Part shown: one piece after another, positions 1 through 12,768 of the stretch
Layout: every line of letters begins with the position of its first letter
Numbering within the stretch: the first letter of the stretch is position 1
Source of the DNA: Lingula anatina
Taxonomy: Eukaryota > Animalia > Brachiopoda
Direction: 5' to 3'
Assembly: GCA_051362555.1 (NCBI GenBank)
Contig: CM120648.1
Location: 18,286,587 to 18,350,586, forward strand
DNA: 64,000 nt
Translations under genes and position numbers: made by a program
The notes under the pieces: generated by a model
The model's input: the letters and a program-made list of their open reading frames with translations, nothing else
Database searches by the model: none
Told to the model about the DNA's origin: nothing

Positions 1-190
1 GAGGTTTGTATTCAGTACAATGATATAACACACTGAGCAGTAGACTTCCCATAGGGAAAGAGGTTTGTATTCAGTACAATGATATAACACACTGAGCAGT
101 AGACTTCCCATAGGGAAAGAGGTTTGTATTCAGTACAATGATATAACACACTGAGCAGTAGACTTCATAGGGAAAGAGGTTTGTATTCCG
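1..190 (+). repeat. 59-bp tandem repeat containing the end of the upstream ClC exon (LSSRLPIGKE) plus its GT donor
   Basis: Unit CTGAGCAGTAGACTTCCCATAGGGAAAGAG|gtttgtattcagtacaatgatataacaca, at least 3 copies, running off the window start. GKE joins GPF of exon 888. Confidence 0.85.
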
Positions 191-887
191 TAAAGTTCCA
201 TTGTTTGTATTCCTTAGTGGGCAGTCAGTTGGATGTGTCTCACCTGAAATCTTATGAAGATTTCATCAGATTTAGGCTGTCTTCTGGAAGGCGGTCAGAT
301 TTTCAAATTTACATTGACGGGTATTTATTTTTTTTCTGTCGGAAGATGGTCTTAAATGGAGGATGGATCTACAAAGAAAATTTGGAAGGCTGTCAGAAAT
401 ATATCTGGATCTGCCTATCCTGTAGAAGCCTGCTTTTACTACATACATTCAGTAATTAATACCATGATGCATGTTCATTGTTAAACAGATGCCTGAAACT
501 GTAGGTCCGATTGGTCATGACCGACAAAATTTGTCTGGACAGGTAAAAAATTGTACATGGTTAGTCCAAAGGACCGGCAAGAGTTTTAAGAACTGCAATT
601 TTGAATTTACAGTTATCATTCTACATACTTCACTAATAAAATTATATAAAACCCAAAGCATTTTTCCCTTCCATTTCTAACCGATCACATTCACAAATAA
701 GTTACTTAATCATAGTATTTATCTCAAACGAGTCCGGCAAAAATGCATACGGTCAGGCAAATTTTTCATTACTTTCGGCCCAAATGTCCTGCCATTTTGA
801 ATAGTTTTCAGCATGTCTGGTTAAAATTCCATATAATGCTGTACGTCACTGTTATGATATGTAAGTGGGTTGATTATCCCTTTTCAG

Positions 888-3800
888 GGCCCCTTTGTCC
901 ATGTAGCCAGTATTGTGGCCACTTTGTTATCCAAGTTAATGGCCGTCAGAAGGATTTATGATGTAAGTATAGTGTGCTAACATAAATATTTATGTCAAAC
1001 GTACAGTCAGTATCATGTTTTTTTTTTCCTTTTTTTGAGGGGGAAGGCATTTGTAGTGTACTGTCAGTTTGTTGAAATTGTTTAGATGCACAGGTAATAA
1101 ACTGAAAGATTATGTTACAACTTTACAGCATTATGACAATTTATTTTATATTATAAAGATATTATTGTTACATTAGACACATACTTCCAGAATGAATCCC
1201 GTAACTATGAGATGCTGGCTGCTGCCTGTGCTGTGGGAGTGGCATGTACTTTTGCTGCTCCTATTGGAGGTATGCTGCTATCTACTGCGGTAACATAAAG
1301 AAACAAGAAAGAGACATAAAGAACAAGGAAGAGATTTTTCTGATAATTGACAGATTTAGAACTTTTGGGGAGCTAAAAATATCACTGGCCTAGGGGGCCC
1401 CTAGGTCCCATGCCTTATTTTCTGACTTTTTCACTGTATGGCAGTCTTATCCCTGTATAAAACTTAATGTTCAGGACAGATATAGGGCAGGGCTGTAACA
1501 CTAAAAAAAATTCTTATATTTAGAAATCTGGACACATCTTAATTTGAAATATGTCCTATTAAAAAAAAGTATTTCAGTCAACTTTGACCTTGGTTAATGA
1601 GTTGCTGTATGCTTCAGTAACTTCATGAAATTGTTAATTTGTCTTTTTTTCTCTTCAGGAGTGTTATTCAGTATATATGTCACGTCAGTGTAATATTTTA
1701 CTACCTTGTTTCTCTTCAGGAGTATTATTCAGTATAGAAGTCACATCAGTATATTTTGCTGTCAAGAACTACTGGAGAGGATTCTTCTCTGCCGTGTGTG
1801 GGGCTGCGGTATTTCGCTTACTGGCAATATGGGTGCAGGAAGAAGGTATCTAAAGAAGAGAATTCCAATTTTTTCCATCAATCATCATATTTAAGTTTAT
1901 GAAAAATTGATTTGTCAGATTTCAATTAATTTTGCTTGTTTTAACTGATTACAATAATTGGTTAAGAGCTCAATTTTACCAGAGTTAATCATTGGTTTAG
2001 AGCTAAGTTAGAACTAGGGGCCGGCTTTGACCAGCTGGAGTACCAGAGACCCTCATTTGACCACTTCAGCTGGTTGTCATACAGGCTTGTCATAGGGATC
2101 TTGGAGGAAATGCAAATTATTGTGATACTGTGTTGCTTTTTATTGAATTATGTTAACCATCCATCTTTCTTTGCCTCCATAGAAACCATCACTGCCCTGT
2201 TTAAGACTAGTCTAAGACAAGAGTTTCCATTTGATGCTGTGGAGCTGTTGGCATTTGGTACCATAGGGTAAGTCACCAGTGGGGTATAAGGTTTAAGACT
2301 AGTCTAAGACAAGAGTTTCCATTTGATGCTGTGGAGCTGTTGGCATTTGGCACCATAGGGTGAGTGGCTGGGGAAGGTGGAGCCAATTTGAAGGCTTGTC
2401 ACTGGGAGGGTTATGTACTGGGAGGGTGATTTAGTAAAAGGGCAAGTCACTGGGAAATGGGTCAGTCACTTAAATAAGCAATTCACAGGAAGGATAAGGT
2501 GATTGCACATTTAGTTTTCATCATTTGTCTGTTTTATTATTGTGACATTCATTTTAGCTGAGCCTACAGTGCCTGAGTTGTAGAACATGTCATTTGCTTG
2601 ATATGTTAATATCTGTGTCACTGTGATTGAATTATATGAGGAATCACAAGTTTTGAATAATTTCAAAGCAGTTCTTAACAAATAAGAACTATGCTTGCAG
2701 TGCAGTTTATATAAAAGGGAGTATGTTTTCTATCGGTAAATGATGCATCAGGTTAAAATTATTGTCAGATGGTACCTTTTTTTTCCTTTTACAGATTGGT
2801 GTGTGGGTTTGGAGGTGCTCTGTTCATTTATTTCCACAGGAAAATTATCCACTTTATACGAAAACAGAGGAAATTGTCCTCCTTTCTCCAGAAGAAGTAA
2901 GTACCAGTTACAGCAGGAGTCATCCACTGCGCGTATGGTACAGGTGAGTACCAGTTACAGCAGGAGTCATCCACTGCGCGTATGGTACAGGTGAGTACCA
3001 GTTACAGCAGGAGTCATCCACTGTATGTGACTTACAAGAGGGTAATTATATGGAGGTGCAAATGATTTGTTGATGTATGTCATATACAGTAGACCTCAGG
3101 TAGTTGTAGCCACTTCAAACATTCATAAAATGATTACACTTGTATTTTGCTCACAACACTGTGAAGCGTACTAAAAGAGTGAGCATGCAATTATCCTTTT
3201 GTTGCTAAAAGTAAATGTTTTTATGATTGTTATCACATAGGGAAATGTTTGGGATAATTATGTAAAAAGGACATAGTGAAGATACCTTATATAAGTGTTC
3301 AGTTCATTTCCATTGTATGTGTAGATATAGGGTGTAGTAAATATGAAATGTTTTATTTATTTCAGTTGATTCATCTATCCAACTGTGATAACATTTTATG
3401 TGTAGATATGTGTAGTAAATATGATGTGTTTTATTTATTTCAGTCGATTCATCTATCCAACTGTGATAACATTTTTGATATCCACTCTATCCTTTCCCCT
3501 GGGGCTGGGGCAGTATACAGCTGGAATGGTACATATCATGGGGGGTGGGGGTGTTATCCTTCCCCCTGGGGCTGGGGCAGTATACAGCTGGAATGGTAGG
3601 TATCATGGGGGGTGGGGGTGTTATCCTTCCCCCTGGGGCTAGGGCAGTATACAGCTGGAATGGTAGGTATCATGGGGGGTGGGGGTGTTATCCTTCCCCC
3701 TGGGGCTGGGGCAGTATACAGCTGGAATGGTAGGTATCATGGGGGGTGGGGGTGTTATCCTTCCCCCTGGGGCTGGGGCAGTATACAGCTGGAATGGTAG

Positions 3801-6800
3801 GTATCATGGGGGGTGGGGGTGTTATCCTTCCCCCTGGGGCTGGGGCAGTATACAGCTGGAATGGTAGGTATCATGGGGGGTGGGGGTGTTATCCTTCCCC
3901 CTGGGGCTGGGGCAGTATACAGCTGGAATGGTAGGTATCATGGGGGGTGGGGGTGTTATCCTTTCCTCTGGGGCTAGGGCAGTATACAGCTGGAATGGTA
4001 CGTATCATGGGGGGTGGGGGTGTTATCCTTTCCTCTGGGGCTGGGGCAGTATACAGCTGGAATGGTAGGTATCATGGGGGTGGGGGTGTTATCCTTTCCT
4101 CTGGGGCTGGGGCAGTATACAGCTGGAATGGTAGGTATCATGGGGGTGGGGGTGTTATCCTTTCCTCTGGGGCTGGGGCAGTATACAGCTGGAATGGTAG
4201 GTATCATGGGGGTGGGGGTGTTATCCTTTCCTCTGGGGCTGGGGCAGTATACAGCTGGAATGGTAGGTATCATGGGGGGTGGGGGTGTTATCCTTTCCTC
4301 TGGGGCTAGGGCAGTATACAGCTGGAATGGTAGGTATCATGGGGGGTGGGGGTGTTATCCTTTCCTCTGGGGCTGGGGCAGTATACAGCTGGAATGGTAT
4401 GTTTTCTAGAAACATTTTTCACAAGACTAGGAAGCAAACATATGATTAGTTTGTCTGATTTACCAACACAACTTACCAAACACCTCTTTCCTGCATTAGT
4501 AATAGATACCTCAAAATGTACAGAGATTATACTGCTGTGGGCATAAGTCACTTTCCACAACTCATGACAGTCCATCTGTCCTTTCAGTTCTCATGGAGAA
4601 ATTTAATGTACTTTCAGTTAACTCACCGAGCAGCTGTGAATGAGTTGTTTAGTAACTTCACATGGTCCACGGGGGAAGCAGAGAACTTAGATCTGGACCA
4701 ACTAGAGGTCCTCAGTCACTGGAATCACCCGGACACCAGCGTCTACGTCACACTGACTTTGTTTATTATTATACAGGTGAGATTTACTCTTTGTATGAGA
4801 AGACCAAATATCAACCCCAGTCTAATTGTATGAAGATTTTAAGAGTTCCAAATTGGAAAATATATCAGTTTTAACTTAACTTTAAAATATGCCGTGTGTC
4901 AATGTAAGGCTTAAATATAAATATGGATATTTTAGATATATATAATTTTAAATCTTTGTGCACTGATTTTTATGGTGTGGTATGATCTTTCAGGTTCAGT
5001 AAGGTACAGTGTAATAATGGAGTGTTGTACAGAGTGATCTCACACAAACAGTTTACTTATAATAATAATGGATTACATTTGTTTCTAGTTTATGTGATCT
5101 TTCAGGTTCAGTAAGGTACAGTGTAATAATGGAGTGTTGTACAGAGTGATCTCACACAAACAGTTTACTTATAATAATAATGGATTACATTTGTTTCTAG
5201 TTTATGTGATCTTTCAGGTTCAGTAAGGTACAGTGTAATAATGGAGTGTTGTACAGAGTGATCTCACACAAACAGTTTACTTATAATAATAATGGATTAC
5301 ATTTGTTTCTAGTTTATGTGATCTTTCAGGTTCAGTAAGGTACAGTGTAATAATGGAGTGTTGTACAGAGTGATCTCACACAAACAGTTTACTTATAATA
5401 ATAATGGATTACATTTGTTTCTAGTTTATGTGATCTTTCAGGTTCAGTAAGGTACAGTGTAATAATGGAGTGTTGTACAGAGTGATCTCACACAAACAGT
5501 TTACTTATAATAATAATGGATTACATTTGTTTCTAGTTTATGTGATCTTTCAGGTTCAGTAAGGTACAGTGTAATAATGGAGTGTTGTACAGAGTGATCT
5601 CACACAAACAGTTTACTTATAATAATAATGGATTACATTTGTTTCTAGTTTATGTGATCTTTCAGGTTCAGTAAGGTACAGTGTAATAATGGAGTGTTGT
5701 ACAGAGTGATCTCACACAAACAGTTTACTTATAATAATAATGGATTACATTTGTTTCTAGTTTATGTGATCTTTCAGGTTCAGTAAGGTACAGTGTAATA
5801 ATGGAGTGTTGTACAGAGTGATCTCACACAAACAGTTTACTTATAATAATAATGGATTACATTTGTTTCTAGTTTATGTGATCTTTCAGGTTCAGTAAGG
5901 TACAGTGTAATAATGGAATGTTGTATAGAGTGATCTCACACAAACAGTTTACTTATAATAATAATGGATTACATTTGTTTCTAGTTTATGTGATCTTTCA
6001 GGTTCAGTAAGGTACAGTGTAATAATGGAGTGTTGTACAGAGTGATCTCACACAAACAGTTTACTTATAATAATAATGGATTACATTTGTTTTCAGTTTG
6101 TGTGATCTTTCAGGTTCAGTAAGGTACAGTGTAATAATGGAGTGTTGTACAGAGTGATCTCACACAAACAGTTAACTTGTGATAATAATGGATTACATTT
6201 GTTTCCAGTTTGTGACAGCTGCTTTGGCTGGTTCTCTCCCCATTCCTGCTGGAGTGTTCATTCCTGTCTTCACTATAGGTAAGTTGTGTCATCATTTCAC
6301 CACTTACTGTTGCCTTGTCAACTATTCCCCATGCTGCGGACTGCGCAATTACATATTAAAGGAAAGCTTTTTTAATAACATTTCATTTTGTTTTGTTGTG
6401 TTTGTTAAAATTGATAACATGACTGTTCAGCAGTAGGTATGAGCAGTTTGAGTTCAGGTACATTGATAATTCTTTATTAATTTGAATAATTTTCATCATC
6501 CTTGGATAATCTACTAATTAATTATATATGGGTGGAAAATGAATTGAAAAATGATGCAAATGAAAGAGAATTTTAATAATTATGCTGTTCCGTGAAAAGT
6601 TGAACTTGAAAAGCACTGACCTTGACCTACAGTGACCTTGACCTACAGTGACCTGTCCACTCTGGTCTCACAGTGTCACACCTGAAGATCGTGACAGCTG
6701 TTGTTGTGGCTGAATGCCCATTTTCCTTCACTATGCTGCCATCTTCAGGTTAAAATTAGCTAAGAGAATGTTCTTAATTATTCCCAGGTGCTGCCTTTGG

Positions 6801-9800
6801 TCGTCTTGTAGGAGAGTGTTTGGCTACGTGGTTCCCCAGTGGAGTGAGGATGGGGGATCAGGTGTCTCCTATAGTACCTGGAGGATATGCTGTAGTAGGT
6901 AAGTGTATGACTACATGATATCCCAGTGAAGTCAAGATGGGAGAGCAGGTGTCTCCTATAGTACCTGGAGGATATGCTGTAGTAGGTAAGTGTATGACTA
7001 CATAGTACCCCAGTGAAGTCAGGATGGGAGAGCAGGTGTCTCCTATAGTACCTGGAGGATATGCTGTAGTAGGTAAGTGTATGACTACATGGTATCCCAG
7101 TGAAGTCAGGATGGGAGAGCTGGTGTCTCCTATAGTACCTGGAGGATATGCTGTAGTAGGTGAGTGTATGACTACATGGTATCCCAGTGAAGTCAGGATG
7201 GGAGAGCAGGTGTCTCCTATAGTACCTGGAGGATATGCTGTAGTAGGTAATATCATGTAACTCAGCAGTACTCTCTATCACTGTTAAGATTCATATTAGA
7301 GTCCTCTACAAACCCATGATAGTAACTACAGGTATGAAAGTTGATCACTTATCACTTCAATTATACTTGGTCTAGTGTGTCAGTTATTTTAAATATTGAA
7401 AAAAAATGAATATTATTATTCCAAACTGAGTTGTTCAGTACATTATTTATTAATAAGCCAGCTGTACATGTATCTTAATGCAGCAGCTATTGCTCTTAAA
7501 GCTGGCTGATATCGCATTGGAAAAAAATGTCAGTGGCATGTTCGTTTCAGTGTTTTTTTTTTTTGTTTTCATAATCATAAAGTGTGTGTTTATCACTGTG
7601 TAGGAGCTGCTGCTTTGGCAGGAAGCGTAACCCACACCATTTCCACCTCTGTGATAGTGTTTGAGCTAACGGGACAGATATCCCACATTCTACCTGCTGT
7701 GGTAAGACAACTGATTGTTTGATAAATGTGATAGTTTTAGAGCTAACGGGACAGATATCCCACATTCTACCTGCTGTGGTAAGACAACTGATTGTTTGAT
7801 AAATGTGATAGTTTTAGAGCTAACGGGACAGATATCCCACATTCTACCTGCTGTGGTAAGAAAACTGATTGTTTGATAAATGTGATAGTGTTTGAATTAA
7901 TGGGACAGATATCCATATTCTATTGGCTGACAGCATTGTTGGTCTTTGTAAAATTTAAATATATTAAATAAATTTTATAAAACCAACACTTATTTTTCAT
8001 TATCTGTATATCATTTGTATACTCAAGATAGCAGTGTTGATAGCCAATGCAGTCGCCCACAGCCTTCAGCCGTCCATTTATGACAGCATCATCCAGATCA
8101 AGAGGCTACCTTACCTGCCTGATATCATCCCCACCAAGTCCAGGTAATAAGTGATATCATCCCCACCAAGTCCAGGTAATGTGTGATATCATCCCCACCA
8201 AGTCCAGGTAATAAGTGATATAATCCCCACCAAGTCCAGGTAATATGTGATATCATCCCCACCATGTCCAGGTAATATGTGATATCATCCCCACCAAGTC
8301 CAGGTAATATGTGATGTCATCCCCACCAAGTCTAGGTAATATGTGATATCATCCCCACCAAGTCCAGGTAATATGTCATATCATCCCCACCATGTCCAGG
8401 TAATATGTGATATCATCCCCACCAAGTCTAGGTAATATGTGATATCATCCCCTCCAAGTCCAGGTAATATGTGATATCATCCCCACCAAGTTCAGGTAAT
8501 ATGTCATATCATCCCCACCATGTCCAGGTAATATGTGATATCATCCCCACCAAGTCTAGGTAATATGTGATATCATCCCCTCCAAGTCCAGGTAATATGT
8601 GATGTCATCCCCACCAAGTCCAGGTAATGTGTGATATCATCCCCACCAAGTCCAGGTAATATGTGATATCATCCCCACCAAGTCCAGGTAATATGTGATA
8701 TCACGCCCACCAAGTCCAGGTAATAAGTGATATCATCCCCACCAAGTGCAGGTAATATGTGATATCATCCCCACCAAGTCCAGGTAATAAGTGATATCAT
8801 CCCCACCAAGTCCAGGTAATATGTGATGTCATCCCCACCAAGTCTAGGTAATATGTGATATCATCCCCACCAAGTCCAGGTAATATGTCATATCATCCCC
8901 ACCATGTCCAGGTAATATGTGATATCATCCCCACCAAGTCTAGGTAATATGTGATATCATCCCCTCCAAGTCCAGGTAATATGTGATATCATCCCCACCA
9001 AGTCCAGGTAATATGTGATATCACGCCCACCAAGTCCAGGTAATAAGTGATATCATCCCCACCAAGTGCAGGTAATATGTGATATCATCCCCACAAGTCC
9101 AGGTAATAAGTGATATCATCCCCACCAAGTCCAGGTAATATGTGATGTCATCCCCACCAAGTCTAGGTAATATGTGATATCATCCCCACCAAGTCCAGGT
9201 AATATGTCATATCATCCCCACCATGTCCAGGTAATATGTGATATCATCCCCACCAAGTCTAGGTAATATGTGATATCATCCCCTCCAAGTCCAGGTAATA
9301 TGTGATATCATCCCCACCATGTCCAGGTAATATGTGATGTCATCCCCACCAAGTCCAGGTAATATGTGATATCACGCCGACCAAGTCTAGGTAATATGTG
9401 ATATCACCCCCACCAAGTCCAGGTAATATGTGATATCATCCCCACCAAGTCCAGGTAATATGTGATATCATCCCCACCAAGTCCAGGTAATATGTGATAT
9501 CATCCCCACCAAGTCCAGGTAATATGTGATATCACCATAACTAAGTCAAGGTAATATGTGATATCACCCCCACCAAGTCCAGGTAATATGTGATGTCATC
9601 CCCACCAAGTCCAGGTAATATGTGATATCATCCCTACTAAGTCAAGGTAATATGTGATATCATCCCCACCAAGTCTAGGTAATATGTGATATCACCCCCA
9701 CCAAGTCTAGGTAATATGTGATATCACCCCCACCAAGTCCAGGTAATATGTCATATCATCCCTACCAAGTCTAGGTAATATGTGACATCATCCCTACCAA

Positions 9801-12705
9801 GTCCAGGTAATATGTGACATCATCCCTATCAAGTCCAGGTAATATGTCATATCATCCCTACCAAGTCCAGGTAATATGTGACATCATCCCTACCAAGTCC
9901 AGGTAATATGTGATATCATCCCTACCAAGTCCAGGTAATATGTGATATCATCCCTACCAAGTCCAGGTAATGTGACATCATCCCTACCAAGTCCAGGTAA
10001 TATGTCATATCATCCCTACCAAGTCCAGGTAATATGTCATATCATCCCTACCAAGTCCAGGTAATATGTGACATCATCCCCACCAAGTCCAGGTAATATG
10101 TGATATCATCCCTACCAAGTCCAGGTAATATGTGATATCATCCCTACCAAGTCCAGGTAATATGTGACATCATCCCCACCAAGTCCAGGTAATATGTGAT
10201 ATCATCCCTACCAAGTCCAGGTAATATGTGACATCATCCCTACCAAGTCCAGGTAATATGTGACATCATCCCTACCAAGTCCAGGTAATATGTGACATCA
10301 TCCCTACCAAGTCCAGGTAATATGTGACATCATCCCTACCAAGTCCAGGTAATATGTGACATCATCCCTACCAAGTCCAGGTAATATGTGATATCATCCC
10401 CACCAAGTCCAGGTAATATGTGATATCATCCCCTCCAAGTCCAGGTAATACTTTCAGTACAAAACATTTTTCTGTACGTGAAATATTCCATGTCAGATGT
10501 GTTATCATATCCTTCTTGCAGCCCATATTATGTACATATATATATAATGTCTGGTGTCTTTGCAGCACTTACAATGTGTTTGTGGAGGACTTCATGATCC
10601 GTGACATCAGGTTTATCAGCTATATCGCCACATACCAGGATGTGAAGAATCTGTTGGAGACATCCAAGTTAAGAACATTCCCATTGGTGGATGCCCCAGG
10701 TAGGGTAAACACACATGTGTAATGGCACTGGAGAAAGTTTGATTTTCTTCCTACAAATCAAACAGAGGCATGTCTGAAATCCCAATCAGGATGTGTTTTT
10801 ATCCAGGGATGGAACCATGGTTCGTGGAAGCAGTGTTGAACCAGTCAGATTTTTTAAAATCAAAATATATGTGTGAAAGCTCCTCCTTTAACCCTTATTT
10901 TGTCCTGTCTGCTATACCTTGAACATAGCACTGGCATATCAGGATCTCTGTGGGATTCCAAGACATGGGATTTATTAACTGAACATTGTACACTGTTCTG
11001 TAGTCTTCTTACTTAGTGTTATATTCTAGTATGTCAGTTTTACATGGTATTATCAGGTTTGAAAGCACCTTTCCTCTGATATTCTGATAGGCTTTTTCAC
11101 CAAACAGTTTATAACAGGTATACATAAGACATTTATTTTTAGTATTTAGACCACTAACATATTGTTATATGTATACAATATAATGATATGCCATTCAGAA
11201 GACAATCATATCCATTATGTTGTGTATATTTCCAGAGTCCATGATTCTCCTTGGGTCTGTACAGAGACTGGAGCTGGAACTGCTACTGGAGGCTCAGCTT
11301 GGATGACAGCGCCGTCTGGCAGCAGTTGAAGAGGCATTACATAAACGGCAACAGGAAGAGAGCCAAGGAACAGCTGGAGAAGAGGACGTCCCAAGGCGAT
11401 ACCGAGGGGACGCGACCAATGGCGGCCTGCAGTGGAGATATGTTGAACGCTGTGAAGGTCCACCGTCAGCCGTCAGCCAGGTTTACGGTGACCCCTGCCG
11501 CCAGCAAGGTGGACAGTGGTGGACAGGTCCAGTTGAAGCTGGACTCCACGGTAAACAATGTGTGTGTTTGTGGATTTGAATGATAATCACAAGGACCATT
11601 CCCACAGATATTTGGATTGATCTATCTCCCTGGGTAGTCTCACTACATTACTATCCCCTTAACTGGCTTGAATGCCTGTCATGCCTAGTAAAGCTGATAG
11701 GGTGTAATTAAGCCAGTTATTTCATAGCAATTTATTGAGACTTCCCTGGGAGTTAGACCGATCCAGATGGTGTGATAATATATGTGAAATGATATTACTA
11801 CATTATCTCTGCCATCATTCCAGCTACCAGAACAAACAGCTAATGGAGACACGCTGAAACCGCACAAGTACACCAAGGCACCACAGAGAGGGATATTAAA
11901 GAAGAGTCCCCGTCCCAGCCCCCGGGCTAGTCCCAGGGCCAGTCCTAAAGGAAGTCCTCAGTCTTCACCTCGCTCTAGTCCACCAGGGTCTGCCAAGACA
12001 AGCCCCACACCCAGTCCACAGTTAGGTTAGCCAGCTCTGGGCTACTACACTGGTCTGAAAGTTAACTTTTGATGTATTAAGAATATGGCTAAGTTAAAGG
12101 ACTGTCTAGAAAATATTCCAGTTTTTATTAAAATCACACTGCAGTTTCTCAAAAAAAAAAAAAAAAAAAAAGAAGGGTATAGTGTATATAATTTGGTATA
12201 AAAAAAACGAATGATCATGAATAATTATTTAAAATTACTGAATTAGAGTAATGTGATTTTTAAGTAATCTTTACATTAGCTTGATGCAAGATGAGGTTAA
12301 AAATTGCTTACATTTAAAAAGATAATTTTAACCCTCTATAACAGGTACCTATATAGTATATACACCCTTAGGTTTATTTACCATCACACTATTGTTTTCC
12401 ATGTACCTTTCTCTGTTTATTTTGATAATGAAGTTTGATTAATTTTGATTTTACAGAAAAGAAATTCAGCATTGGGCTGGCAAAGATTTTCAAATCTCGA
12501 AGTAAAGAAAGTATCGCGGACAGTACGGCTTCCGAAGATGATGAAGCTCAGGTAACTATGGCAACAAACTGATAAACAGCATGGAATATTTTAGTTTAAA
12601 AGTCAATATTTACAGGGTTCTGTATTCTACTTATGAAGGATTAGCAGTGTGAGGACTCAAGTATATCTAATTATATTATATATAGCATCGTGAATATCAT
12701 AAGAG

Positions 12706-12768
<63 letters not shown>

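Noticed and set aside
2291-2359. Mutually exclusive duplicate exon
   Set aside because: It lacks the exon's first 16 nt and a pyrimidine tract, and starts only 23 nt after the upstream donor.
3276-4415. Cluster of Gly/Trp-rich short ORFs
   Set aside because: They are translations of the 67-bp minisatellite; only 3444-3528 is coding.
8120-10450. CRISPR-like array of 32-bp repeats
   Set aside because: The units are head-to-tail with no unique spacers, derive from the adjacent exon end, and lie in a eukaryotic intron with no cas genes.
11304-11306. Selenocysteine or read-through TGA
   Set aside because: The position corresponds to a basic residue rather than Cys, and a separate frameshift follows about 55 nt later, so read-through would not rescue the protein.
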